Source of the DNA: a virus
Taxonomy: Duplodnaviria > Caudoviricetes
Length of the DNA: 64,000 bases
Reading direction: 5' to 3' (one strand)
IMG/VR virus record: IMGVR_UViG_3300021255_002539
Location: 320,001-384,000 of that record
Shown here: positions 32,357-42,168 of the stretch, piece after piece
How positions within the stretch are numbered: position 1 is the first letter of the stretch
Layout of the letters: each line of letters opens with the position of its first letter
The notes under the pieces: generated by a model
Databases searched by the model: none
Told to the model about the DNA's origin: nothing
Seen by the model: only the letters and a program-made list of their open reading frames with translations
Translations under genes and position numbers: made by a program

Positions 32357-33102
32357 GCGTTGTGTTCCTTGAAGCACTCGTCCACGACATTCTTCGCAAG
32401 TGGATATACTGCACAATACTTTCGTTCTTCAGGTGGCGGAAGTGTATACAGTCTGGGGTCAAGATTGTGCTTGGACATGACGAGAAGCTGATGGTCGTCG
32501 TTCTTGATATCCCGAAGGTCGTTGCCTATAACGAGGTCAACATTGGACTCCTTGATTTGCTTCCTCATTGCGTCAAGCAATTCGTCCTTCGTTGAATCGA
32601 CAAGCAACTTGAAACCGCAGATTGTGGCATTTGGGGCAAGTTCCCTCATAATGGGCAGAATCTTTGGGAGCTTGACGAGCTTGATGCACATGTCGTCTTC
32701 CCTGGAGCGGTACTTGCCATTGTAGTAGTTGGCAACGCCATAGTCAGACACCGCGGCGGCCGCTACGATGATGTCGTATGTCTCCTTCTTAAGCAACTCC
32801 TCAATGCCAGACTTGTAGTCGTCGAAGGTGGAGTACTCGACATATTCAATCGGCCTGTATCCATCTTCGTAGGTCTCGTTGGTCAAGGATTGGAGCGTTG
32901 GCTTCCTGCTGCCCTTCGCCATGAAGAAGGTGATCTTCTCTATTGGTGTTCCATGCTCGTTTCCTGCGGCGAATGCCCCAAGTCCCTTAGCGAAGAATGC
33001 ATCTGCTATCCGTGAGCCAAATGTCCCTCGGCTCATGTTCGTTATCGACCTCACTCGGTCAATTGGTACCTTTGTCCCACCAGATGTTATGAGTATCTTC
33101 AT
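32353..33102 (-). CDS. coaB: Phosphopantothenate-cysteine ligase (CoaB-like)
   Basis: ITSGGT.VPID.VR.ITNMS.GTFG, AAAVSDY, GFKLL, GND. Confidence 0.85.
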   Translation of the reverse strand: MKILITSGGTKVPIDRVRSITNMSRGTFGSRIADAFFAKGLGAFAAGNEHGTPIEKITFFMAKGSRKPTLQSLTNETYEDGYRPIEYVEYSTFDDYKSGIEELLKKETYDIIVAAAAVSDYGVANYYNGKYRSREDDMCIKLVKLPKILPIMRELAPNATICGFKLLVDSTKDELLDAMRKQIKESNVDLVIGNDLRDIKNDDHQLLVMSKHNLDPRLYTLPPPEERKYCAVYPLAKNVVDECFKEHNA

Positions 33103-33516
33103 TTACTTGGTGATGTTGCGGGTGGATTCAAGTATGGGCAAGCCACCTTCGGTCGGGATGTAGATGATGGTCTTGTTGTTGAGATCGTTCTGCTGGCGCA
33201 CCCAAAGATACCTAATGTAGGTCTCAGTGAGCTTGCCATTCTCAATCTCAATCGCTGCGGCAGCACCCTTTGCCCGCTCAACCTCAGCCTGGGCATTTAG
33301 CTTCTCGGCCTCCAGGTTCGCCTTTGCTTCCTCAATCTTGATCTGGCGATTCTGCTCGGCTCGGACGAACTCAGCGCGTCCCTCTAGCTCAGAAGACCAC
33401 ACCTTGTACTTGGGTATGACGAACATGAGGGTTGCGATGACCAATATGGCAACTGCAATCACTCCAAACAGAATTCCAAGTTCACCCTCTCCACGGCGCA
33501 TGTGCTTTGTGTTCAT
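33103..33516 (-). CDS. Membrane-anchored SPFH-like coiled-coil protein
   Basis: N-terminal TM helix, AE-rich helix, IYIPTE.GLPI. Confidence 0.65.
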   Translation of the reverse strand: MNTKHMRRGEGELGILFGVIAVAILVIATLMFVIPKYKVWSSELEGRAEFVRAEQNRQIKIEEAKANLEAEKLNAQAEVERAKGAAAAIEIENGKLTETYIRYLWVRQQNDLNNKTIIYIPTEGGLPILESTRNITK

Positions 33517-33544
33517 AGTTTGTCTCCTTTTGTCATATTATACC

Positions 33545-33763
33545 TCACTTCATCGCATCTGTAAACTGCGCCATCATCACATTGAAGCAATCTCCGCATA
33601 GGTGATGCATTGTCGGACCTATGTTGAAGATGTGCGTCGCGTCATAGTGGTGGCAGACTTCGCATAGACCATTTCCACCATTGCAGTCAATGTCCAGATG
33701 GATGCCCTTTAGACACCTTGATTCAACCTTTGGCTGCTCCATCGGAAAGTCCCATATCTTCAT
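33545..33763 (-). CDS. Small Zn-finger hypothetical protein
   Basis: CxxC...CxxC; ATGA coupling. Confidence 0.55.
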   Translation of the reverse strand: MKIWDFPMEQPKVESRCLKGIHLDIDCNGGNGLCEVCHHYDATHIFNIGPTMHHLCGDCFNVMMAQFTDAMK

Positions 33764-34044
33764 GGTGTTGTCCTCCTTTCTATGGTTCCGTCAGGATTCC
33801 AGACGACATTGGAAACAAGAGTGCTTGATGTCACCTCTAGCCTTACCTGATACACCTCAATGTCTCCCGACTGGTTCTCTGGCTCCTGCAGATACTTGGT
33901 TATGGCCGCCTCTGCCTCTGCTTGGGTCTTGTGACCGCCAAGGAAGTCCAGGCACCACCACCCCTCCGTATTTGGCTTTGGATCATAGGCGTAGATTCTG
34001 TAAACGGACTCACAGTGAGTCGGGCTACCATCAATGTACTTCAT
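33760..34044 (-). CDS. Hypothetical protein
   Basis: AAGGAG SD. Confidence 0.65.
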   Translation of the reverse strand: MKYIDGSPTHCESVYRIYAYDPKPNTEGWWCLDFLGGHKTQAEAEAAITKYLQEPENQSGDIEVYQVRLEVTSSTLVSNVVWNPDGTIERRTTP

Positions 34045-34100
34045 GGGCTTGTTCTCCTTTGTTGTCGGGCGTATTTCAGCAGATATGCGTATTTCAGCAG

Positions 34101-34478
34101 TTATGCATATTCCAACTTCGATACCTTGATCTTGTTGCAGTCGACGATGTACCAGAAGTAGTGGTCAGAAAGGAAAGTGGCCTTCGCCAGGTCAAGGGTT
34201 CTGGCCCTCACCGTGAAGTGCCTGACCTCACCACCCCTGATGTTCTTGGCGTTCGCGTCGTTGTCGAGGGTCGCCCCAACAATCTCCACCGCAAACACGT
34301 CCCAAGTACAAAGTGGCATCCCAACCTTGTCATAGAGCTTGCCAATCTTCTTGAACACCTTCGCCCGATACTCAGGAGAGATACGGGTCGACCGAATCTC
34401 CTCAATCACCTTGTTCACCACTAGGCAAACAACGACTATGGAGACGAATCCCAATATTGATAGTCCTACATATACCAT
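34101..34478 (-). CDS. Membrane-anchored hypothetical protein
   Basis: CAGGAG SD; N-terminal TM; promoter 34524-34555. Confidence 0.6.
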   Translation of the reverse strand: MVYVGLSILGFVSIVVVCLVVNKVIEEIRSTRISPEYRAKVFKKIGKLYDKVGMPLCTWDVFAVEIVGATLDNDANAKNIRGGEVRHFTVRARTLDLAKATFLSDHYFWYIVDCNKIKVSKLEYA

Positions 34479-34585
34479 TGCGAATCTCCTGTTTCTGTTT
34501 GGGGTGGTTTTCCACCACGCCAATATTATATCATATTCGAGATCAATGTGTCAATATACCCTATACCAAGCATGTTGTGTCTCTT

Positions 34586-35491
34586 TCAGTTCACGAGACT
34601 GGCCTTGCTGTCCCACTGCGAGTAGAGGTGGCAATTGGGGCGCAGGATGAGGTACTTCAGAACATCAGTCTCGGGGTTCTTGCCCATGCAGTCGTCGTCG
34701 AACATCACTGACATGCCATCCACATCGTGGCAAGTCGCGCCATATGGAGTCTTGCCGAGGATTGGCTGATTTGCCAGAAATTCCTTGATTCTCTCAATGG
34801 TTTCTGCACTGACCATGTGTTCCTCAATCCACTTACCCTGTGGGGTCTCCTTGTCAGAAACGTAGAGTTTTCTAAAGGTAATCTGGTTGGCATGCCACGC
34901 CTTTGCCCAATCAAACAGCTCCCAAGTGGTGTACTTGTCGAACTCGCTTGTCAAGTTGAAGCAAATTCGGATGTTGAAGTCGTAGTCCTTGAGGTTGTCG
35001 CAAAGCTGTCCAATGCGGAACTTGGGGATGACCTTGCCAGTTACAGGATGTTCGGTGCAAGGATGTCCCAGAATCTCGCAATTCGTGGCCGAGATGGGGG
35101 AGTTGATGGAGAGCGCGATTGTGTTCACTCCCACGAAGTTGCGCAGGAATCGGAGATAGTCCCTGTCCTTGTCCAATCCAAACCCTGTGGTCTGCATTTC
35201 TATGTTGGTGAATGGGGAACCGATGGTCTGGTGGAGCAGGGCGAAGGTGGCGAGGAACTGCTTGTTCTGCTGAGGTTCTGATGTGCCAGTGAGCATGATG
35301 GTCTGGCAACCATTGTCAGCAACGAACCTGAGTCTCTTCAGGTATTCCCTCACATTGATGTCGTAGTGTGGGTGGTTGATGTCCATCCGGTTCTCGTAGA
35401 CATTGGAGTTCACCATGCGCGACACGCAGAACGGACACTTGTTGATGCACCCCTTGTTGGGAACCACGATTGACAGAGACTGAATCTTCAT
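34586..35491 (-). CDS. Radical SAM protein
   Basis: CINKCPFC; LTGTSEP. Confidence 0.85.
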   Translation of the reverse strand: MKIQSLSIVVPNKGCINKCPFCVSRMVNSNVYENRMDINHPHYDINVREYLKRLRFVADNGCQTIMLTGTSEPQQNKQFLATFALLHQTIGSPFTNIEMQTTGFGLDKDRDYLRFLRNFVGVNTIALSINSPISATNCEILGHPCTEHPVTGKVIPKFRIGQLCDNLKDYDFNIRICFNLTSEFDKYTTWELFDWAKAWHANQITFRKLYVSDKETPQGKWIEEHMVSAETIERIKEFLANQPILGKTPYGATCHDVDGMSVMFDDDCMGKNPETDVLKYLILRPNCHLYSQWDSKASLVN

Positions 35492-35606
35492 TTGCTATTC
35501 TCCTTCCTTCACAGAACACCTATATTATAGCATATTCTAATATGGAGAGTCAATACCCCCTTGGCGGTATTCTTATCAACTTTGTTGATACTCAATACCC
35601 CCTAGA

Positions 35607-36005
35607 TCACTTTTTTGAGGTTCCAGACACCCTGCCCATGGCGTCCCGATAGGTGGTTTTCCCATTCTTGTCGGTGGTAGATGTTCCTTGGATTCTCCCC
35701 ATTGAATCCCTGTATGTGGTCTTGCCATTCTTGTCAGTAGTCGCTGTTCCTTGTGTCCTACCCATTGCGTCCCTGTAGGTAGTCTTGTTGCCTTGGGTGG
35801 TTGCAGTGCCCTGAATCCTGCCCATGGCATCCCTGTATGTCGTCTTGCTCCCATTTGTGGTTCCAGTACCCTGGATGCGCCCCATCGAGTCCCGATAGGT
35901 TGTCTTGTTGCCTTGCGTGGTGGAGGAACCGGACACCCTTCCCATAGAATCACGGTAGGTTGCTGCCAGAACAGCAATCAGCAATATGTTCAATATGGAC
36001 TTCAT
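35607..36005 (-). CDS. Secreted/membrane repeat protein with 6 x TYRD(S/A)MGR
   Basis: Hydrophobic N-terminus followed by 20-21-aa tandem repeats. Confidence 0.7.
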   Translation of the reverse strand: MKSILNILLIAVLAATYRDSMGRVSGSSTTQGNKTTYRDSMGRIQGTGTTNGSKTTYRDAMGRIQGTATTQGNKTTYRDAMGRTQGTATTDKNGKTTYRDSMGRIQGTSTTDKNGKTTYRDAMGRVSGTSKK

Positions 36006-36012
36006 GGTTCAA

Positions 36013-36516
36013 TTATACGCCTTTCCTCTGCTTCTTCAGCCCGAGTTCCTTCAAGGCAATCTTGGCATTCTCGTAGTCCTCCCAATGGCACACGACATAC
36101 TATACCCTCCCCATTTGGGTCTACGACAGGTCAATCACCTTACCCTGGAAAGTCGCACATACATGACCAGACGAACTGGTTGCCAGAGGGTGGATCAATT
36201 CAGAAGTAGCCAAAGCCACCCTCCACCTGGTCACTGGCTTCTTGAAGTATATCCGACGCCAACCCCTTCTCCTCAGCATCGTGTCCCAGAATTCTGCGCC
36301 ATTCCACAACTCGTTGGCGGACTACGCCCACAGAATCTACTCGTTCTTGACTTGAAGATACTCCATCCCCAGGCAATACGAGATGCATCTGGTGGAGCAA
36401 TCGCCCTTCAACGTCTTCACTCCCTTTGGTCTGACATTCACATACTTGAAGACAGAACTATGTGTCCGCTTATCGTCGCTCTAAACCTTGGCAGCAAATG
36501 TCAATCTCCTTTTCAT
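36013..36516 (-). CDS. Hypothetical GDCxxR-motif (papain/C39-like?) protein, 5 in-frame TAG; largely missed by the ORF track
   Basis: One frame ATG 36516 to TAA 36013 with TAG at 36481, 36337, 36322, 36121, 36100; GDCSTRCIS...GHVCA...G.VID. Confidence 0.7.
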
Positions 36517-36569
36517 GGCGGGTAGTCGTCACATAATGCGCCTCAACCGCAATTTGGGGGTTCTTGACA

Positions 36570-36854
36570 TTATTTACCATTTGTTGGCTTCGACATCAGC
36601 CAATTGCAGAACTCCCTGTAGTAGCCATCGTCTGATATGTCAAGACTGGGATGTTCCCTTTGGAATGCCTCGTCTGCCTCCACAATGTCCTTGTACAGTT
36701 CTGCGTTCTTGGTTGAGGATCCAGAAATGGCAACCCTCGCCCGATCAACCATGTCAGCCAAGTCGAATGTGTCGTACACAATACCCTCGGCCCCATCGTT
36801 CCATGCCTGCAGAACGACATCCTCAATCGAATCAACCACCACGGTGCTGTCCAT
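36570..36854 (-). CDS. Hypothetical protein
   Basis: GGAGGTG SD; TGATG coupling. Confidence 0.6.
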   Translation of the reverse strand: MDSTVVVDSIEDVVLQAWNDGAEGIVYDTFDLADMVDRARVAISGSSTKNAELYKDIVEADEAFQREHPSLDISDDGYYREFCNWLMSKPTNGK

Positions 36855-37107
36855 CAATATCCACCTCCACATACCCGGATCTTCTGCCTTGACGACGAGA
36901 CATCCTCCAGCGTGTTGTCTTCGTTTGTGGAGGTTGTTGTCTTTCTTGACTTGTCGAATCGCATTGGACAAGGAATTACGCCCCAAGCCCCAAACAGGCG
37001 GTTGCACTTCTCGCACTTGCCGCAGAACTCCTTCACAGAATAGCCATCCTTGCTGAACTTCAACTTCAACCAACAAAGGACATCCCTCCAATGCCACCTA
37101 CGCAACC

Positions 37108-37470
37108 TCATAGTTCAATTGTCTCCTGATTTACAATGGTCTTGGACTCTCCAACCACATCCACATATTCAATTCTGCGAACTTCTCTGCTCACCAATCC
37201 AACGTAGTAGTGGTTTCCCTTTGAGTCCTTTACGATATACGCAAACACACCAGAATCGGTACTGCAAGCAGCAACAATCTCCGTATTCTTTGGTATGGAA
37301 TGCCTTGATGTATTGTCCACAAGATGTCCAACTATGCCATTGTCGGTCGTGGTATTCTTTGGATGGAAATTGATAATGATGTCAATGGCTATTCCAATGC
37401 CAATGGCAATGACTACCAACACCATCAATACGGCCTTAACGCAATTCCACAGTTCCCTTCCTTCTATCAT
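37108..37470 (-). CDS. Membrane-anchored hypothetical protein
   Basis: AAGGAG SD; N-terminal TM helix. Confidence 0.65.
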   Translation of the reverse strand: MIEGRELWNCVKAVLMVLVVIAIGIGIAIDIIINFHPKNTTTDNGIVGHLVDNTSRHSIPKNTEIVAACSTDSGVFAYIVKDSKGNHYYVGLVSREVRRIEYVDVVGESKTIVNQETIEL

Positions 37471-38053
37471 GCTCGTTTCTCCTTTCGCTTCAGAAGTTCC
37501 CGAGCAGAGGCAAGCCAATTCTCGACATCCTTCGTGAACTGGTCGTTTGGATCATGCTTCTTCATCAGCTCAAGAAGCAGCGCCATCATCGGCTGCGCCT
37601 TGAACACCAACTCAATTGCCTTGACATGCTTCGCCATGATTCTTTTCCTTTCGCACAGTTATCTGCAACCCATCGTAGTCGTCAAGTCCAGTTCCATGGT
37701 TGTCCCACCATTCACTGACCTGCTTGAGGACTTCCTTCTTCGTGAACTCGCCCTCTATGTGGCTTGCCACAGACGCCTCGCCACCTTTCTTGAAGGCAGT
37801 GACAGCAACCCGCTTTTTCCTCTTTTCTCCCATTCCAAACATCATTTCTCATCCTTTCCGTTTTCAGTGTGGGACGCAACATAATTGTACATTTCGCCCA
37901 TTACTGCTTGAATGTTCATTTCGGCGTCCGACAACTTGCGCTTTGCCTCTGGCGAAAGCAAGTCATATGCCCCAACTCGATATATGTACTGTATGCCATC
38001 AGCAACGTTTATTAGATTGGCATATCCAATGCACATCACCCTGTCGCCATATG

Positions 38054-38443
38054 TCATGCCATGGTCCCTTTCAAGTCCACGGCACCAACCATCTTGGACT
38101 CAATCACTGAAATCCACTTCTTCATCAAGTCGTTGTATGCCTTTTCTGCCTCTTCCTTGGTCTCGAAGAACCCAGTCCAATGCCTACTGCAGGTTATCTT
38201 GTCTATGTAGCCATACGATTCCAAACTGTTGTCGAATGGATTTGGATCTGAAGACCACACGAATATGCCACCCCTATCCGCTTCAGCCTTTACAATCTTC
38301 ACCTTCTTGAAGACGACCTTGTGCTGCTCTGGATCCCAAGGATTGAACTTGAACGTACACATCCACATTTCATCGAGAACAGGTGTGTATAGTTCCTTGA
38401 TCGTCAGCTTCTTCTGCTTCTTGAATATGTCGAACAGTTTCAT
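38054..38443 (-). CDS. Hypothetical protein
   Basis: ATGA coupling in a run of small genes. Confidence 0.65.
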   Translation of the reverse strand: MKLFDIFKKQKKLTIKELYTPVLDEMWMCTFKFNPWDPEQHKVVFKKVKIVKAEADRGGIFVWSSDPNPFDNSLESYGYIDKITCSRHWTGFFETKEEAEKAYNDLMKKWISVIESKMVGAVDLKGTMA

Positions 38444-38820
38444 TTGCCTTCAGTCCTCCATTCCTTGTACTTTCCCTTGTTTCGGTTCCAATGCTGTCTG
38501 CAATTGGATGCAAACATGGCATTTCTCGCCATCTGAAGTGGCTTGTTCATCCCCATCCACGCCTTGTCGAACAACTCTGCATTCTTCTCGGTCTTTCTCT
38601 TCATGAACTTGAAGAAAGCCTTGTTAAAGTCGTCCATGACAATAGACATCGCAGACCTTGCAGCATTCCAATCATGGACAGTTCCAGTTGCTGGCGTTTT
38701 CCTGTTGAGGATGTCGTATGTATAGACAACTGACTCCCGAAACTCCATCGCGTCCTTGTAGAACGCATCCAACGGGTCACTGTGCTTTATATTCGCCCTG
38801 TAGTATTCCCACATGGTCAT
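38440..38820 (-). CDS. Hypothetical protein
   Basis: AAGGAG SD. Confidence 0.65.
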   Translation of the reverse strand: MTMWEYYRANIKHSDPLDAFYKDAMEFRESVVYTYDILNRKTPATGTVHDWNAARSAMSIVMDDFNKAFFKFMKRKTEKNAELFDKAWMGMNKPLQMARNAMFASNCRQHWNRNKGKYKEWRTEGK

Positions 38821-38849
38821 TGGTTGTTCTCCTTGTTTGGTATATCATA

Positions 38850-39992
38850 TTATACAACTTCTGGAGATTCAAGTTTAGCCTGTTCAAGACGGTTTTCGGC
38901 AATCTTGAAGTACTCCGACTCCTTCTCAATGCCCAAGAACCTTCGTCCAATCTCAATGGCAGCAACACCAGTAGTCCCACTCCCCATGAAGGGGTCAAGA
39001 ACCAATGCTCCCTTTGGAGTGACCAACTTGACAAGGTACTTCATCAACTCAATCGGCTTGACTGTTGGATGTACATTATCCTTGCCCTTCTCCTTCTTGC
39101 TTGCCTTGGGGCAGTAGAAGAACCTTGCCGAATCGTTGGGGAACACTTCAAGAACTTCATCTGACCCGTCGTGGATGATGTTGGCCGGGAAGCGTCCCTT
39201 CAAGTTTGCATGACCCACTTTCCCCTCTTCTCCTGTAATTCTCCAACTCGCACCTTTGTCTGCACCGTGGTTGTTCTTGCATCCACGCAGCTCCCTAATC
39301 AACGGGTTTGTCGCAGCCGTTCCACCTTCCTCATAGGGAACGCGGCACTCGTCTATGTTCAATCCACCAACACAGTTCTTCATCACGTTCTCGACAACCG
39401 TTCCCTCCACTGGTTTCCGTGCAAGAACAATAGGCTCAAATGCTGGCTTGAGGCAAGTTCCCCAACCACTCCACTTCTTGGCTTCGTCCGTAATCGGAAC
39501 CAAGTCGTCCCTGGGGCATGTACAAGGATTGGCCGAGAAGAATGGCTTTCCACACTTCGGACACCTGTTCTTCACTCCAAAGCCAATAATTCCTCCCTTG
39601 TCTCCAACTGCTTCCCTCACTGCCCTTTGCGCACCCAACTTCTTGTCTATTGCCTTTGAGATGTCCATTGACTTCGGCATTCCTGAGCTGTAAATCCAAC
39701 CCAAACAATCCCTGACCTCCCAACCAGCATCCTCTATGGCGCAAGCCAGCCGATGGTATGTGCGTGTTCCACCAAACGCCAGAAGATGCGCACCAGGCTT
39801 CGCAACCCTCAACGCACCCTTCCAGAACTCAATCCCAGGAACACCATGATCCCAGTTCTTCCCCATGAAGTCCAATCCATATGGGGGGTCAGTGACAATG
39901 GCATCAATGGAATTGTCCGACATGCGCTTCATCGCGTCCAGACAATCAGCATTCACCACGCCATACGGCTTTCCACTATTGTTTTCACTCAT
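38850..39992 (-). CDS. Orphan DNA N6A/N4C methyltransferase (beta class)
   Basis: TDPPY...HPTVKP...LDPFMGSGTT. Confidence 0.9.
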   Translation of the reverse strand: MSENNSGKPYGVVNADCLDAMKRMSDNSIDAIVTDPPYGLDFMGKNWDHGVPGIEFWKGALRVAKPGAHLLAFGGTRTYHRLACAIEDAGWEVRDCLGWIYSSGMPKSMDISKAIDKKLGAQRAVREAVGDKGGIIGFGVKNRCPKCGKPFFSANPCTCPRDDLVPITDEAKKWSGWGTCLKPAFEPIVLARKPVEGTVVENVMKNCVGGLNIDECRVPYEEGGTAATNPLIRELRGCKNNHGADKGASWRITGEEGKVGHANLKGRFPANIIHDGSDEVLEVFPNDSARFFYCPKASKKEKGKDNVHPTVKPIELMKYLVKLVTPKGALVLDPFMGSGTTGVAAIEIGRRFLGIEKESEYFKIAENRLEQAKLESPEVV

Positions 39993-40161
39993 TGGAATAA
40001 TCCTTGTCTTTCTTGATCATCAACCACAGCGCAACCACTCCAATCAATATGCTGGCAACTGAGCATCCTGCGCCAATAGCCAACCAAAACACATTCTCAG
40101 TCATTTCTGCTTCTCTCCTTTCTCCTTTAACCGAATCAGAATCTGCCGAAGCAACTCGCCC

Positions 40162-40632
40162 TTAACCATCAGAGGATTTCCTTTTCTTTTTCTTTTCATA
40201 TTCCTCCTCCTTTCGGGACTCGTATGTCTTCTCCTTCAGGACATTTACGCAATAGTCGTTCATCGTCAATATGGCAGAGACCTTCTTGGAGAGACTTTGG
40301 ACCTCATCTTCACTCTTCGCAAACGCCCGAATGTCAGGAATCGCATCTTCCGGCCACTTGCCCTCTGTCCAAGGATAGTCGGGGTCGTCTTCGTCCTTGG
40401 TTTGCTCCTTCGTGGGCTTCGGCAACTTCTTGAACAGGGCGTTGCGCTTCTTCAAGTCAACCTGAAGGTAAATAGCCAACTTGACCCAATCGTGGTCAGT
40501 GCTCTTTGCTGGCCTCTCAGACATAATCCTGTCCAAGAGCCACTTGTACCACTTCGTGTTCCATTTCCACATGTCATATTGGGAACCATATGGGATGAAT
40601 GGATATGTCTTCCTCAATTCGTCTATTGTCAT
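40162..40632 (-). CDS. Hypothetical protein
   Basis: 156-aa ORF, ATGA coupling. Confidence 0.65.
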   Translation of the reverse strand: MTIDELRKTYPFIPYGSQYDMWKWNTKWYKWLLDRIMSERPAKSTDHDWVKLAIYLQVDLKKRNALFKKLPKPTKEQTKDEDDPDYPWTEGKWPEDAIPDIRAFAKSEDEVQSLSKKVSAILTMNDYCVNVLKEKTYESRKEEEYEKKKKRKSSDG

Positions 40633-40838
40633 GACAACTTCCTTCCAATCTTTTTGGTTTTCTTGAGAATATCCTCGGTCTTAGTGACAGTGGAAAACAC
40701 ATTGAGCAGAAGCATAGTCGCGCCAAGAACACAATATAGAGCAACACCGCCGTGTACACTTCCATTGGCATCCCCTTCGATGAAGCAGAAGATGCCAAAT
40801 GCCATAATGTACACAAACTTGAGGAATCCCTTCATCAT
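40629..40838 (-). CDS. Small two-TM membrane protein
   Basis: Two hydrophobic segments and a basic tail. Confidence 0.5.
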   Translation of the reverse strand: MMKGFLKFVYIMAFGIFCFIEGDANGSVHGGVALYCVLGATMLLLNVFSTVTKTEDILKKTKKIGRKLS

Positions 40839-41055
40839 CAATCTTCTGACAACGCGAATTGAGCAAAGCATTGCAGTATATTTCCACACTTCCAACTATC
40901 CCAATCCAACAAGTCGGTTATCTCGCCCCTTCTCCGAATACATCCCATTGGACATCTTTGTTCGCAATAGTTGCAATGTTCCACAAACGCCTTGACCAAT
41001 TCCTGTGAGGCGTTGACAACATCGCATTTCCGTTTTGGTTTACTTGCCATGGTTC

Positions 41056-41382
41056 TCATTCTTCCTTATCGTGGTCAATCACCCGCCTGGTGTGTTTTCC
41101 AAGTATTCTCTGATAGTCTGCAATCTCCTTGTCCAAATGCCTGCTATATCTCCCGTACAAATCATAATACATGTTCTTCCAAGACTCCTTCTCGCGCCAC
41201 AATTTGCAGACAACCCCAATAATCTTCTGCATGTCGTTGTCAATTGGCTTGTTGTCCCTCTCCATCTTGTCCACAATTCCCAGAAGAAATCGCTCCAACT
41301 TGTCATGGTCGATCTGCTTGGATTCTGGATTCAGCGTGTTCGCAATCAAACTCTCCAGAATGTTGTCGTCGTCTTCAAGCAT
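41056..41382 (-). CDS. Hypothetical protein
   Basis: GAGGAAGG SD. Confidence 0.6.
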   Translation of the reverse strand: MLEDDDNILESLIANTLNPESKQIDHDKLERFLLGIVDKMERDNKPIDNDMQKIIGVVCKLWREKESWKNMYYDLYGRYSRHLDKEIADYQRILGKHTRRVIDHDKEE

Positions 41383-41680
41383 TGTTGTCCTTCCTCCTCT
41401 CGTGTTCAATCTTGCATTTCCAATACTCCGTAGCAGAATCCAGAAGCTCCCCACGTCACCTCTGGCACAAATCCACCAATGCACCAATAGTATTTCCATC
41501 GGACACATCAAGCTTTCCAGCAACCTCTGCCATTACATGAATGGCTTCCTCGGCTTTCTTGATTAGGACTTCATCTTTGTTCTTCATATCATGATTTTCC
41601 TCTAAGAAATTATACCACTTTTGGCTGAATTGGTAAAGTTTCAATCAGAATTCAGAATGGACTACTGTAGAAGACGACAA

Positions 41681-41710
41681 CAAAAAAGACGACATCCGAA
41701 GATGCCGTCT
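41681..41710 (-). terminator. Intrinsic terminator closing the RNA array
   Basis: AGACGGCATC-TTCG-GATGTCGTCT-TTTTT on minus strand. Confidence 0.8.
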
Positions 41711-41963
41711 ATCAAAAAGATTCGAGGGTTTTCTCGCCCAAGGCAAGTCCCATATCGCATATCAATGGGAAGCCCTTTCAGGCGAAGGACACTATGCTGT
41801 GCGTGTATCGTCCATGCCAACCCTATACCCAACATAGACACGACCCACCGCCTGCCAATCCATTACAAAAGATGTTCCGGAAACACCCATTGGTGGATAT
41901 GGCTGCGCATTGGGAAGATGTTTAGGACAGATTTAACAAGCCAATCGGGATATAGAAGGAAAC

Positions 41964-42052
41964 TGGAGCCACAGGTCCGATTTGAACGGACGCGACCATA
42001 AAGGTGCGGGTTTACAAAACCCGTGCAATCGACCTGGCTATGCGACTGTGGC
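41964..42052 (-). tRNA. tRNA-Thr(UGU) with long variable arm
   Basis: CGGGT-TTTGTAA-ACCCG; CCA encoded. Confidence 0.75.
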
Positions 42053-42060
42053 CTCGAAAC

Positions 42061-42135
42061 TGGTGGACCGCCGGGGAGTTCAACCCCGCTATCTGCCGTG
42101 CAAAGGCAGTGTAATAAGCGATATACGAGCAGCCC
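42061..42135 (-). tRNA. tRNA-Ala(UGC)
   Basis: CTGCC-TTTGCAC-GGCAG; G3:U70; CCA. Confidence 0.85.
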
Positions 42136-42168
42136 ATTGTAAATCTTGTTATGTTCAATTATACGAAA

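Noticed and set aside
35630-35960. CRISPR-like periodic repeats
   Set aside because: Repeats are in-frame coding repeats with similar intervening sequence; no cas genes
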